Positions 20,416 to 31,163 of a stretch of 64,000 bases of DNA are shown here, piece after piece (positions within the stretch are counted from its first letter, which is position 1; each line of letters begins with the position of its first letter). The translations under genes and the position numbers were made by a program. Source of the stretch: an uncultured delta proteobacterium (GTDB taxonomy: Bacteria > Myxococcota_A > Polyangia > Haliangiales > Haliangiaceae); the NCBI GenBank assembly GCA_963848295.1, contig CAWKDB010000010.1, positions 4,192,001-4,256,000 of the forward strand, read 5' to 3'. Under the pieces are notes generated by a model. It did not search any database. It was not told where the DNA came from and was given only the letters and a program-made list of their open reading frames with translations.

Positions 20416-21589
20416 CTCGGTCCTCGCCGAGATTTTGACTTCGGTAGCGCTCGACGAGGCCGATCGCGCGCGGCTCGTCGCTCTGCGCGCGCGGTTAGCG
20501 TCGCAGTTTCCGGAGATCGCCGATCGATTCTACGACAGGGTGCGCGCGAACCCCGCGACCGCTCAGCTGATATCCGACCCCGAGCAAGTCGCGAGGCTAC
20601 ACGCGACGCTCATCGAGTGGATGTCGAGCGGCTTGCTCGGCCCCTACGACGAGGCGTTCTCCGCCAAGCGCTCGCGGATCGGCCGGCGCCACGTCGAGAT
20701 CGGCTTGCCGCAGCACTACATGTTCACCGCGATGAGCACGATCCGCGGCGAGTACGACGATCGGATCTCCGCACTCTACGATCCCGCGGAGGCGAGGTTG
20801 GTGTCGAAGTCGGTCGACAAGTTGCTCGACGTCGAGCTCGCGTTGATGCTGCGCCACTACCAGCTCGACTCCGAGGCCAAGCTCGTCGAGAGCGAGCGAC
20901 GCGTGCACTCCGACCGCGTGATCGCGATCCAGACGCTATCCGCCGGACTCGCGCACGAGGTCCGCAACCCGCTGAACTCGGCCAAGCTCCAGCTCGAGTT
21001 GCTCGAGCGGCGCCTCAAGCGTGAGGGCGGCGACCCCAAGCTCGTCGATCCCGTCGACCTCGCTAACGAAGAGATCGAGCGGCTCACTCGGCTGCTCAAC
21101 GAGTTCCTCGCGTTCGCGCGTCCGCCGGATCTCGCGCTCGGCGATCACGATGTCGTCGCGATCGCGCGCAACGTCGTGACGAGCGACCGGATGCTATGCA
21201 CGCAGCGCGGAGCGGCCCTGGAGCTCGAGCCCCACGAACCGCTGGTCGCGCGCATCGACGCGACGAAGCTCGAGCAGATCGTCCACAACCTCGTCCGCAA
21301 CTCGATCGAGGCTGTGTCCGCGGGTGGGCACGTCAGGGTCGCCGTTCGCGGCGACGATTCGCACGTTAACGTGTGCGTCGAAGACGACGGTCCCGGCATC
21401 CCGGCCGCGATTCAAGCGCGGATCTACGAGCCGTTCTTCACGACCAAGGACAGCGGCACCGGCCTCGGCATGTCGATCGTCCACAGCATGGTCACCCTGC
21501 ACGGCGGCACCATCGCGATCGAATCGAGCTCGAACGGCACGCGGTTCGACGTCGCGATCCCGCGTCAGCCCCCAGGCCGCAGCCGCTGA
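20399..21589 (+). CDS. Globin-coupled sensor histidine kinase (AfGcHK-like)
   Basis: Sensor globin motifs ADRFY (B10 Tyr) and RIGRRHVEIGLPQHYM (F8 His); AHEVRNPL, DDGPG, GTGLG. Confidence 0.9.
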
Positions 21590-21820
21590 CCAGCGACGAT
21601 CGAGCTCACCCCTCTCTCCAGGTCGGCGATCGACGGCGCCGTGAACAACGCGTCGAGCTCGTCGAGCGACGGTCGCGATATCGGTGCGCCACGGTGAGGT
21701 GATCTCCAGGGTTCTCCGCCCATGGCCGAGCTCTATACAGGTTGCACGTGGGCATCGAACCCACCGCAAGTCCTCCGGCCCGGGTCCGTCAGGTTGACAA
21801 AGCTCTTCGCAGGCCGTCGC

Positions 21821-22777
21821 TTACGCTCGTCGCCGACGTTGCAAAGTTCGAAGGCTGACGCCCAAACGTTTCGCTGCGTGGGTGAGATTTCCATGCTCCG
21901 CGGCGACGACTCGGTCGATCACGCGGTCCACGATCTCGCCGAGTGAACGAGTGAGGTCAACCTCGAACGCACTCCCGGATGGTTCCATTCTAGCGGCGCC
22001 TTCGAATCCGGGGGGCAGGTCCTTGATGTGGACGGTTCGGCCGGAGCGCAAGATCGTCACGAATTCGATCACGTTTCGCAGCTGTCGAACGTTGCCAGGC
22101 CACTCGTGCGCGACGAAGGCTGCCCGGGTGTTGCGCGTCAGCTTTGGTGGCTCGCAGCCGTGGATCGCCGACAGCTGGGCGACGAACGCGTCGATCAGCG
22201 CGGGGATATCGCGCCGCCGCTCGCGCAGCGGCGGGACGTTCAACGTGATGCCCTCGATCCGATAGTACAGGTCGGCACGAAACCGGCCTGCACGAACTTC
22301 CTCGCCAAGCGGCCTGAGCGTGGCGAGCACGACGCGCGCGTTGACTTCGAGCTTCTTCGTGCCCCCGACGCGCATGAAGCGGTGGGTCTCGAGGAACCGC
22401 AACAGCTTCGGCTGGAGCGCCAGCGGCATCTCCGCGACCTCGTCGAGGAACAGCGTGCCCCCGCTCGCCATCTCGACTTTACCGAGTCCGCGGTCGGTCG
22501 CGCCGGTGAACGCTCCGCGCTCGTGACCGAAGAGCTCGCTCTCGAACAGCGCCTCCGGGATCGCCGCGCAATTGATCGGCACGAATGGCCCGGTGCGACA
22601 GGCGGACAGATCGTGGAGGCGACGCGCCATCACTTCCTTGCCGGCCCCGCTCTCTCCTACGAAGGTGACCGTGACGTTCTTACTCGCGACCGCTCGTAGG
22701 ATGCGATCGAACGTCCGCATGACCGGCGAAGCCATCATCGGCTCGAGCACGACGACCGGAGAAGCCTTGCGGGTCAT
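21821..22777 (-). CDS. sigma54 activator (AAA+ and HTH only, no regulatory domain)
   Basis: GESGAGKE within first ~45 aa, [19 protein letters not shown], Fis-HTH. Confidence 0.9.
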   Translation of the reverse strand: MTRKASPVVVLEPMMASPVMRTFDRILRAVASKNVTVTFVGESGAGKEVMARRLHDLSACRTGPFVPINCAAIPEALFESELFGHERGAFTGATDRGLGKVEMASGGTLFLDEVAEMPLALQPKLLRFLETHRFMRVGGTKKLEVNARVVLATLRPLGEEVRAGRFRADLYYRIEGITLNVPPLRERRRDIPALIDAFVAQLSAIHGCEPPKLTRNTRAAFVAHEWPGNVRQLRNVIEFVTILRSGRTVHIKDLPPGFEGAARMEPSGSAFEVDLTRSLGEIVDRVIDRVVAAEHGNLTHAAKRLGVSLRTLQRRRRA

Positions 22778-22847
22778 TGCAGCTCGCGACACTACGACAC
22801 TTTGCCACGGCGCGCCCGATGCGCGAAAGCGGCGCAGTCGAAGCCGA

Positions 22848-23213
22848 TCACGCGCGATGCGGCTCGTTCGCGCGCAGGGCGTCCACCAAGTCCCAACCGA
22901 ATGACGGCGCTGGGAGCACACGAAGCCGCTCGCCGTAGCTCGCGACCAGCTCGGTCAGGGCCGTTGGCTTGGACGTCACGATGACGACCCGCTTGGTCTT
23001 GCCGAGCTTCATCCAGAAACGAACGCTCGCCACCAGCTCGCTGCTAGACGCAACCTGGGGGCTGATCACGACCAACGCCGCGAACGCGCTCGATACCTCG
23101 AGCTCCTCGCATTCGTGAACCTCGAAGCCTGCGCTCCGCAGATAACTCGCGAGCGCGCCCCGCGTCTCGCCAGCGGGCGCGATCAGAGCGACGGGTTGTT
23201 TGGTCGCTATCAA
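22848..23213 (-). CDS. Degenerate receiver-like single-domain protein
   Basis: CheY-like pattern ([11 protein letters not shown]...RVVIVTS) without acidic pocket; TTGA coupling. Confidence 0.55.
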   Translation of the reverse strand: MIATKQPVALIAPAGETRGALASYLRSAGFEVHECEELEVSSAFAALVVISPQVASSSELVASVRFWMKLGKTKRVVIVTSKPTALTELVASYGERLRVLPAPSFGWDLVDALRANEPHRA

Positions 23214-24004
23214 AGCCCGTCCCCCTCGGCAAGAACCTTACGGGCTTGGCCGAGCAGTCCGATCAACCCCTCGAGGATCGTGAATGGGTGTGGCGGACAG
23301 CCGGGCACGTAGAGGTCGACAGGAACCGTCGAGTCCGCGCCGTCGTTCGCCTCGGCGTGGCCGATGTACGGCCCTCCGGAGATCGCGCAGGCTCCGACCG
23401 CGACGACGATCTTCGGCTCCGGAATGGCGTCGTACGTCTTCCGCAACGCGTCCCGCATGTTGCTCGTGACCGGGCCGGTGATGAGGAGGCCGTCCGCATG
23501 CCGCGGCGACGCGACGAACTGGATCCCGAATCTCCCGAGATCGAAGACGACGGTGCCGAGGACGTTCACGTCCGACTCGCACCCGTTGCATCCTCCGGCG
23601 CTGACGACGCGCAGCTTGAGCGACCGGCCGAGCATTCGACGGAGGCTACCGGTGAGCTCGAGCTGGCGTTTCTCGCCCGGTTCCGACGGCGAACGGACGA
23701 TCAGTCGCGCTTTCACACGTTCGGCCAGACGGAACTCGGGCGAAAAAGCGATCGCGTCTGCCGGGCACGCGTCGACGCAGTCCGCACAAAACAGGCAGCG
23801 CGCCATATCGAGCGCGAGCGCGCCCGCGGTAGCGTCGAGCGCGTGGGTCGGGCAACTCTCGATGCACGCGCGGCAGCCATCCGCGCAACGCGACGCATCG
23901 AGCGACGGCCGGCCGCGAAACCGGGGCGGCAGGCTCGGTTCCTCGTCGGGGAACCGATGGGTGCGGGTTCCTTGATGTAGACGGGCGCGGAGGATGTTCA
24001 GCAT
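23210..24004 (-). CDS. Ehr/Hyf small subunit (2x[4Fe-4S] ferredoxin + NuoB-like)
   Basis: CADGCRACIESCP, CLFCADCVDACP, AGGCNGCE, ASPRHAD, GACA, VPGCPPHP. Confidence 0.9.
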   Translation of the reverse strand: MLNILRARLHQGTRTHRFPDEEPSLPPRFRGRPSLDASRCADGCRACIESCPTHALDATAGALALDMARCLFCADCVDACPADAIAFSPEFRLAERVKARLIVRSPSEPGEKRQLELTGSLRRMLGRSLKLRVVSAGGCNGCESDVNVLGTVVFDLGRFGIQFVASPRHADGLLITGPVTSNMRDALRKTYDAIPEPKIVVAVGACAISGGPYIGHAEANDGADSTVPVDLYVPGCPPHPFTILEGLIGLLGQARKVLAEGDGL

Positions 24005-24013
24005 TCCATCACC

Positions 24014-25549
24014 TCAGAGGTCGTGACCGCAGTACGAGAGGTTGAAGCTCTTGTTGCAGAGCGGGAAGTCGGAGACCTGCTGACCGCGCAGCGCGATCGC
24101 GAGAACCATCCAGTTGTGAAATGACGGATCGACGACCTTGTACGTCGCGAACCGGCCGGCGGAATCGGTGACCGCGACGTGGCAGATCTCGCCGCGCCAG
24201 CCTTCGACAAGCGAGACCGTCACGTGGTCGGGTCTCAGAGCGGGGACTCCGACGATCGTTCGTCCCCCGGGCATCATGCGGAGCTCGCGCTTGATGAATT
24301 CGACGGACCGTCGCACCTCGAGGAACCGGACGAACGCACGCGCGAACACGTCGCCGCTCGAGAGGGTCGTGATCGGAACGTGCGCGAAACGATAATAGCC
24401 GCTGGGATGAGTCGTTCGGATGTCGCGATGCAGCCCGGATGCGCGCGCGACGAGGCCCACCGCGCCGAGCTGACCGGCAAGCGCGCGCGTGACGCGGCCG
24501 GTCTCTTCGAAGCGCGACTGGACCGATCCGGCATCCCACAACAAGTGAACGGCTTGCTCGGTCTCGCCGAGCGCGCGCTCCAGTCGGATGATGACGCTCT
24601 CGACCAGGTCCGGCGTCAAATCGAACCGGGTCCCACCGGGGCGGACCATGCCCCGCCCGAACCGGCTGCCGCATAGCTCGGCGGTGAGATTGAGGTAGTC
24701 GCCGCGGAGCCGCCCGCAGAATGCGGCGGTCGGCGAGAACCCGATATCGCCGGAGAGTGCGCCGAGGTCGCCGACGTGGTTCGCGAGGCGCTCGAGCTCG
24801 AGGGCGATCGCGCGAAGCGCGAGCCCGCGCGCCGCAGCGGAGATGTCTGCGAGCGCTTCGACCGCTTGGCAGTATGCGGTAGCGTGCCCGATGGTGGTGT
24901 CGCCGGCGAGCGTCTCCGCGTAGTGGATGGTCCGCGCGTCGGGCCCGCCGACGAGTGCCCGTTCGACGCCGCGATGTTGATAGCCGAGCGAGATCTCGAG
25001 ATGCAGCACGTTCTCGCCGTAGCACTGGAATCGGAAATGCCCGGGCTCGATCACCCCGGCGTGCACCGGCCCCACGGCCACCTCATGGACTTCGCCGCCT
25101 TCGATCGCGTAGAAGCTCGTCGGACCGCTCGTCAGCTGATCGCCGGTCACTGCCCGGTGGGGTGGCGGATGGCGGACCGGCTTCAACCACGGATGGCCGT
25201 GCGGGGTCACGCCCCACTGCTCGGCGAGCTCGCGCTCGAACAGATGAACCTCGGGACAATCCGCGGTCATCGAGGGGAAGCCAGCGGCGCCGATCTCCGT
25301 GCGTGCGAGCTCGAGTAGGCCCTCGTCGTCGCGCGCGAGGACGACGATCATCTCGAGTTGGCCGTTGGTCGGACGTCCGAACAATGCGCAGACGCGCCGG
25401 CCACGTTCGCGCGCGCCGACCACGAGATGACGAAACTCGGCGAGCTCGCACCGTGGAATCGCGGCCAGCGGTCTGGCGGAGCCGTTCTGCATCGCGAGCA
25501 CGGAGGCCACGCCCGCCGACGGTGGGACGATGCGCACGATCGCGCTCAT
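24014..25549 (-). CDS. Ehr large subunit (HyfG/NuoCD-like, lacks NiFe ligands)
   Basis: VGPVHAGVIEPGHFRF, GYQHRGVE, VEGWRGE, DPSFHNW; L1 reads ETLAGDTTIGH, C-terminus NKSFNLSYCGHDL. Confidence 0.9.
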   Translation of the reverse strand: MSAIVRIVPPSAGVASVLAMQNGSARPLAAIPRCELAEFRHLVVGARERGRRVCALFGRPTNGQLEMIVVLARDDEGLLELARTEIGAAGFPSMTADCPEVHLFERELAEQWGVTPHGHPWLKPVRHPPPHRAVTGDQLTSGPTSFYAIEGGEVHEVAVGPVHAGVIEPGHFRFQCYGENVLHLEISLGYQHRGVERALVGGPDARTIHYAETLAGDTTIGHATAYCQAVEALADISAAARGLALRAIALELERLANHVGDLGALSGDIGFSPTAAFCGRLRGDYLNLTAELCGSRFGRGMVRPGGTRFDLTPDLVESVIIRLERALGETEQAVHLLWDAGSVQSRFEETGRVTRALAGQLGAVGLVARASGLHRDIRTTHPSGYYRFAHVPITTLSSGDVFARAFVRFLEVRRSVEFIKRELRMMPGGRTIVGVPALRPDHVTVSLVEGWRGEICHVAVTDSAGRFATYKVVDPSFHNWMVLAIALRGQQVSDFPLCNKSFNLSYCGHDL

Positions 25550-26973
25550 GATCGCATCTCCACGAACGCGGCTGCATCGCGAAGGAGTGAGTCGAGCCAC
25601 GATGGAACGTAGATCCCGAGGACCAGCACGACGGCGAGACAACAGGCAGCAGGAAGGACTGTCATGACCGGTTCGCGCACGCGCCGAGTGTTGTCAGGCG
25701 CGGCACCCAGGACGACGCGGATGACGACCGCGGCCATTCCAATGAACACGATCGCGAGCAGTCCGAGGAACAATCCGCCGGCCCAGTACTCCCCAGCTCG
25801 AAATGATGCTCGCACGATCGCGAGCTCGCTGATGAACAGCCCGAACGGCGGCGAGCCAGCGATCGCGAAGAATCCGAGCAGGAACAGGCCGGCCGTCGCC
25901 GGGACGCGTTGCAGCGCGCCGGAGACCTCGGCGGTGAGCTTGCTCCCATAGGTGTGATGCAGGTTCCCGGCGGTCATGAACAGCACGCCCTTGCCGAAGC
26001 TGTTGTTGAGGATGTGGAGAAGAGCGCCGTAGGTCCCGAGCCCACCCATGCCGAGTCCGAACGCGACGATGCCCATGTGCTCGACGCTCGAGTAGGCGAG
26101 CATTCGCTTGTAGTCGCGTTGACGGATCATGAACGCGGCCGCGACGCCGATCGAGATCAAGCCGAACGCCAGTAGGAGTGAGCGCGCCAGGCCTCCGTCG
26201 CCCGCGGCGTTCATGATCTGGACGAAGCGAAGCAGCGCGCAGAACGCACAGGTCGTGAGCCCACCGGCGAGCAAAGCGCCCACGATGCCGGGCGCTTCGC
26301 CGTAGACGTCCGGCTTCCACGTGTGCATCGGCGCGAGCCCGATCTTGGTCCCGTAACCGATCAGCAGGATCACGAACGCGGCGTGGAGCCAGGGCTTGGA
26401 CAACCGCGTCGCTTCCTGGACGAGATCCTCGAATAACAGCGACGTGTGCAAGCCGCTGTGAAAGGCCGAAGACGCCAGGAAGAACGACCCGAACAACGCG
26501 AACGCGATACCGACCGAGCCGATCAGCAGGTACTTCCAGGTCGCCTCGAGGGAACGCGAGGTCCGATGAAAGTACACGAGCGGAGCCGTCGCGAGCGTGG
26601 AGGTCTCGATCCCGACCCACATGAGCCCGAGATGGTGAGACAGCGCGACCAGCGACATCGTTCCGATCAGCGCGATCAACGATGCGCAGAAGACTCGGTT
26701 CGGACGCTCGGGCCGGGCCGCGAGATAGGAAGGAACGTAGAACGAGCACACGAGATACTGGGCGCTGAGGATCGGCAGGATCAGCCGTCCGAGGGTGCCG
26801 AGGGTCAACCACCGGTCGAACATCGCCGGCGGCGGCGTGATCACGACGACCGCGGTCAAGGCTGCATGAATCGTCGCTCCGATCGGAACGAGCCACGCGC
26901 GCGCGCGCGCCGACGGCACGACCATCGCGGCAGCGCCGAGCACGAGAGGAAGCACGATCAAGATCAGGAGCAC
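25546..26973 (-). CDS. hyfF: HyfF-like antiporter-type membrane subunit
   Basis: SLEATWKYL, GYGTKIGLAPMHTWKPD, KRMLAYSSVEHMG. Confidence 0.9.
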   Translation of the reverse strand: MLLILIVLPLVLGAAAMVVPSARARAWLVPIGATIHAALTAVVVITPPPAMFDRWLTLGTLGRLILPILSAQYLVCSFYVPSYLAARPERPNRVFCASLIALIGTMSLVALSHHLGLMWVGIETSTLATAPLVYFHRTSRSLEATWKYLLIGSVGIAFALFGSFFLASSAFHSGLHTSLLFEDLVQEATRLSKPWLHAAFVILLIGYGTKIGLAPMHTWKPDVYGEAPGIVGALLAGGLTTCAFCALLRFVQIMNAAGDGGLARSLLLAFGLISIGVAAAFMIRQRDYKRMLAYSSVEHMGIVAFGLGMGGLGTYGALLHILNNSFGKGVLFMTAGNLHHTYGSKLTAEVSGALQRVPATAGLFLLGFFAIAGSPPFGLFISELAIVRASFRAGEYWAGGLFLGLLAIVFIGMAAVVIRVVLGAAPDNTRRVREPVMTVLPAACCLAVVLVLGIYVPSWLDSLLRDAAAFVEMRS

Positions 26974-26977
26974 GCGA

Positions 26978-27619
26978 TCATTCCTTCAGCGAGGTGAGCT
27001 CGGCGGCATCGGCCGACCCGAAATCGCGGCCGACATGGTTGATGATGATCCCCATCACGAAGATCGCGACGAACAGGTCGAGCAGCACACCGATCTCGAC
27101 GAGGAACGGCATGGCGTCGAGCAACGCGAGGCCCATGATGAAGATGCCGTTCTCGAGGATCAGGTAGCCGACAACTTGAGTGATCGCCTTGCGTCGCGTG
27201 GTCAGGACGATGCAACCGGTGAGCACCGTGGCGAACGAGCTGGGCAGGATCAGGGACCCCTCCGATCCAGGCGCCAGTGGAAGGGTTCGAGCGAAGATCA
27301 CCGAGAACACGGTGCCCAACGCGCCGATCACGAGCGATGGGATCAAGCCGATCAGCGGCTCCACATCGCGAACGATCGCAGCGTCCCGCACCGCCTTATA
27401 GAGCAGACGTGGAATCACGAGTGCCTTGACCGCGATCGCGACGAGCGCCACCGCGACGACCTCGATAGTCACGTCGACGTGCGCGGTGACTGCGAGGATG
27501 CCGAGACAGACGCCCTGCCATGCGGTCGCTGCGATCACCGGGCGAAGCCGGCTCGCCCCGAGGACGAAGAGATTCAGCAATAAGACCGTGACGAGGAGTG
27601 GATCGAAGACCGCCGACAT
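26978..27619 (-). CDS. hyfE: HyfE-like membrane subunit
   Basis: QVVGYLILENG, VEIGVLLD. Confidence 0.85.
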   Translation of the reverse strand: MSAVFDPLLVTVLLLNLFVLGASRLRPVIAATAWQGVCLGILAVTAHVDVTIEVVAVALVAIAVKALVIPRLLYKAVRDAAIVRDVEPLIGLIPSLVIGALGTVFSVIFARTLPLAPGSEGSLILPSSFATVLTGCIVLTTRRKAITQVVGYLILENGIFIMGLALLDAMPFLVEIGVLLDLFVAIFVMGIIINHVGRDFGSADAAELTSLKE

Positions 27620-27622
27620 AGG

Positions 27623-28540
27623 TCACCGCACCAAGAGGACGAGGGCGAGCGCGCAGAACAGGCATCCGGACAGCAGCAGCGCCGGGACATAAGGCATGCG
27701 CAGCCGCGCGGTCACCGACTCGATCACGCCGACCGCGATCGCGATCGCGACCAGGCCCGCGACGAACACGACCCAGACGAGCCACGCAGGCTGGTCGAGC
27801 GGAATCGCGACCCGGACCAACAGCGAAGCGAACACGAACAGCTTGAGGGCTGCGCCGTACTGGATCACGCCGAGCAACGGCCCGCCATGGTCCAGGATCA
27901 TGACCTCGTGGACCATCGTGAGCTCGAGATGCGTGTTCGGATCGTCGATGGGGATGCGGCTGTTTTCGGCGAGGAGCACCACCAAGAGCCCTGCCGCGAC
28001 CAGCACCAGCGAAGCGCCGGCGACCGACCACACGTGGGCGATCGACGGGCCGAGAAATCCCGAGAGCGACAGCGATCCGGTGGCGCGGGCGACCGCGAGC
28101 AGTCCGAGGACGAATGCGGGCTCCGCGAGGCATGCGAACGTGGCTTCACGCGCGGCGCCCATGCCCTCGAACGACGAGCCGGTATCGAGCCCGGCGGCCA
28201 TCGTGAAGTACCGCGACAAGCCGAGGACGTAGGCGAGCACGATGAAGTCGCCGTCGAACGACCACAGCGCCGGACCCTGCCCGATCGGGACGAGCGAAGC
28301 CGCGACCAGCGCGCCTACGAGCGCGACGGCCGGACCGGCCAGGAACACCCAGCTCGTCGTCCGGCTGAGGACCGAGTCCTTCGCGACTAGCTTGATCAGA
28401 TCGTAGTACGGCTGTAGCAGCGGCGGTCCGACCCGCCCGGCAAACCGCGCCTTCGTCCGCGCGATCACGCCGAGCAGGAGCGGGGGGAAGCCCACGATCA
28501 GCCCGCCCTTGCCGATCACCCGCGCGACATCCGTCCACAT
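27623..28540 (-). CDS. hyfC: HyfC/NuoH-like membrane subunit
   Basis: GRVGPPLLQPYYDL, DTGSSFEGMGAARE, ENSRIPIDDPNTHLELTMVHE. Confidence 0.9.
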   Translation of the reverse strand: MWTDVARVIGKGGLIVGFPPLLLGVIARTKARFAGRVGPPLLQPYYDLIKLVAKDSVLSRTTSWVFLAGPAVALVGALVAASLVPIGQGPALWSFDGDFIVLAYVLGLSRYFTMAAGLDTGSSFEGMGAAREATFACLAEPAFVLGLLAVARATGSLSLSGFLGPSIAHVWSVAGASLVLVAAGLLVVLLAENSRIPIDDPNTHLELTMVHEVMILDHGGPLLGVIQYGAALKLFVFASLLVRVAIPLDQPAWLVWVVFVAGLVAIAIAVGVIESVTARLRMPYVPALLLSGCLFCALALVLLVR

Positions 28541-30516
28541 CACGGGAGCACCCAGTAGTCGCGAACGCTCACGATCGCGAGGGCGACGACGACCGCGGCG
28601 ACGATGTAGAGGATGTAGATGTGCAATAGCCCCTGCTGAACCCAGCGAAGCTGACCGAAGCGCCGAGCACCGCGATCGAGCAGCGGCTCGTACGCCGCGC
28701 GCGTGAACGGGTCGCGTCGATCCGCACTGGTCGTTGCTTCGGTCGGAAATAGCTCGGCGCTCGGCTGCGCGACGATGCGTGCGCGCAACGCGCGCGGCAG
28801 CAGGCGATGCAGGCCTTCGGCGAACGACGATCCGCTGTACTGCATGCGCGGTGTCTGCGCCGGATAACCGCAACCCCAGGTATCGACCAGACGGACGCGC
28901 CGCATGAGCCGCCGGATGATCACGACCGTCAGGGCGGTGCCGAGCCAGAGCACCGCACCTAGGATCGCGAGCGGCTCGAGTGCACTGCCTACGGCAGACA
29001 GGTCGAGCGAGGAACCGGTAACTTGTTCGATCACGGGGGCGAGTGCATCGACCAGCAGCGGCATCAGGAACGGCATCGCGATCGCCGCGACCGCAAGCAT
29101 GGCCATCGGACCGAGCATGCCGTTGCTCGACTCGTGCGCGTGCGCGGCAGCGGCAGTTCGCGGCTGTCCGAGCAGACCCACACCGACGATCCGCACGAAA
29201 CACAGTGCGGCGAGGACGCCGACCGTCGCCATCGCCCCGACCGCGAACAGGAGCAAGAGGCCCGATCCGGCACCCGCCTCGCTGCCGCCATGCGCGAGAC
29301 CGAGGTAGATCAGCCATTCGCTCGCGAAGCCACTCAACGGCGGCAGGGCGGCGATCGCGATGGCACCGAGGCTCACGAGCGCGACGGTCCGCGGCATGGT
29401 CTTGGCGAGACCGCCCATCGCTTCGAGATCGCGGGTGCCGGTCCCGTGCAAGAGGCTGCCGGCGCCCAGGAACATCAGTCCTTTCATGATCGCGTGATTC
29501 CACACGTGGAACAGCGCACCTGCGAGCCCGAGCGCCGCGACGGTGGGGTGGCCGTTCGCCGTCGCCCATAACCCGACGCCGAGGCCGATCAGGATGATCC
29601 CGATGTTCTCGACGCTCGAGTAAGCAAGCGCGCGCTTCAGGTCGCGCTGATAGATCGCGAGCGCGATGCCGACGAGAGCTCCGACGACTCCTACCGCCAG
29701 CAACACCGGCCCCCACGGCAGGGCCGGCCCCACGAACATGATCGTCCGGAGGATTCCGTAGAGTCCGAGCTTGATCATGATGCCGGACATCAAGGCCGAG
29801 ACGTGAGACGGACTAGCCGCGTGGGCCTCGGGAAGCCAGACATGGAGTGGAACGATGCCGGCCTTGACGCCGAAGCCCACGAGGCCGAGCAGCCCCGCGA
29901 CGATCGCGGTGGCGCCGCTTGGCGGAGCGGCGAGCATCTCGGCGAACCCGAAACCGTCGCGGCCGAGCAGCAGGAAGCTGCTCAGCACGCACGCGATTCC
30001 CAGGTGACAGGCGATCAAGTAGACCCACCCGGCGCGCCGCACGTCCGCTTGCGTGTGGTCGAAGACCACGAGGGCATAGCTCGCGAGCGTCATCAGCTCC
30101 CACGCGATGATGAAACCGATCGCGTCGCGCGAGATCAGGACGAGCAGCATCGCGGCGACGAGCACGTTGTAGAAGCACGCTGGAGCGGCCAACCAGCGAC
30201 GAGCCCGTTGCGCGTCGAGATAGAACGCGCCGTAGATTCCGCAGATCGCACCGAGGACGAGCAAGGGCGCGATGAAGAAGGCGGACAGCGGATCGAGCCC
30301 GAAGGAGAGGTGATCGATCGGCGCAGCCCAAGTCACGGTGATCTCGACCGGAGCCCCTCGCGTGAGCGACATGATCGCTGAAGGCAGCGCGCAAGCCGCC
30401 GCGACCACGGTACCAGCCGCGGCGATCACCGAGGGCGCGCGTGCATGCCGGCCGGCGGCGAGCGCGGCGACCGCCGATACTACCAACGCCGCGATGGCGA
30501 TCAGGCATCCGGTCAT
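28540..30516 (-). CDS. hyfB: HyfB-like antiporter-type membrane subunit
   Basis: AWELM, KAGIVPLHVWLPEAH, LAYSSVENIG, TWGCGY...RMQY. Confidence 0.9.
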   Translation of the reverse strand: MTGCLIAIAALVVSAVAALAAGRHARAPSVIAAAGTVVAAACALPSAIMSLTRGAPVEITVTWAAPIDHLSFGLDPLSAFFIAPLLVLGAICGIYGAFYLDAQRARRWLAAPACFYNVLVAAMLLVLISRDAIGFIIAWELMTLASYALVVFDHTQADVRRAGWVYLIACHLGIACVLSSFLLLGRDGFGFAEMLAAPPSGATAIVAGLLGLVGFGVKAGIVPLHVWLPEAHAASPSHVSALMSGIMIKLGLYGILRTIMFVGPALPWGPVLLAVGVVGALVGIALAIYQRDLKRALAYSSVENIGIILIGLGVGLWATANGHPTVAALGLAGALFHVWNHAIMKGLMFLGAGSLLHGTGTRDLEAMGGLAKTMPRTVALVSLGAIAIAALPPLSGFASEWLIYLGLAHGGSEAGAGSGLLLLFAVGAMATVGVLAALCFVRIVGVGLLGQPRTAAAAHAHESSNGMLGPMAMLAVAAIAMPFLMPLLVDALAPVIEQVTGSSLDLSAVGSALEPLAILGAVLWLGTALTVVIIRRLMRRVRLVDTWGCGYPAQTPRMQYSGSSFAEGLHRLLPRALRARIVAQPSAELFPTEATTSADRRDPFTRAAYEPLLDRGARRFGQLRWVQQGLLHIYILYIVAAVVVALAIVSVRDYWVLP

Positions 30517-31163
30517 TGCGGCACGCGCTCGGGCTCGCGTCTCTGCTCCCACCGGCGCGCCTCCGCCAGAACCTGTCCGAAGTCATCGCGGGTCGCGGCG
30601 CGCCGTAATGCCTCGTCGTGCAGCGCGAGCGACAGTCGAGAGAGCAGCTGTAGATGCTGCTTTACGGTCGGAGCGATGATCACGAAGATCGCCTTCGTGG
30701 GGATCCCGTCGAGCACGAGGGCGTGAGGCTCGGCGCGCATCAGGAGCACCATCGCCGCAGCCTCGGCACGGATGATCGGGCTGCGCGCACGCGGGATCGC
30801 GATCCACGCCGCAGGCCGCGTGATGAATAGATCCGCGCCGCGGGCTGCAAGGATCGCGCGAGCCGCCTCGCGGTCGCAGCCGTGAAGGGGCAACTCGGCG
30901 ACTAGCGCGCGGAGATCTCCGTCGAAGACGCGAGCACCACCGCGCTCGAGCGCCCGGCTGAACGGTTGCTCCTCACTGCCGCCGTATAGATCGACGCCGA
31001 CCGGGAGCTCTCGCTCGATCGCCCATTCGAGCAACTCGACCCGGTGAAACGTCGGGCGGTGGTGGATCATGACGTACGGGATCTCGTCGTCATCGATCCA
31101 TCGGTAGATAGCGGTCTCCGCGACTCCGAGCATCGCCGCAGCGTCGCGGACCGTCAGCTTCAC
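30513..31163 (-). CDS. Excisionase-type HTH fused to degenerate PTS EIIA(Ntr)-like domain
   Basis: LTVRDAAAMLGV..TAIYRWI; IAIPRAR...LDG.P...IIAPTVKQHLQLLSRLS. Confidence 0.8.
   Translation of the reverse strand: MKLTVRDAAAMLGVAETAIYRWIDDDEIPYVMIHHRPTFHRVELLEWAIERELPVGVDLYGGSEEQPFSRALERGGARVFDGDLRALVAELPLHGCDREAARAILAARGADLFITRPAAWIAIPRARSPIIRAEAAAMVLLMRAEPHALVLDGIPTKAIFVIIAPTVKQHLQLLSRLSLALHDEALRRAATRDDFGQVLAEARRWEQRREPERVPQ

Noticed and set aside
24014..25549. True [NiFe] hydrogenase-4 / formate hydrogenlyase
   Set aside because: Both NiFe-binding CxxC motifs are absent; no maturation or fdh genes in the window
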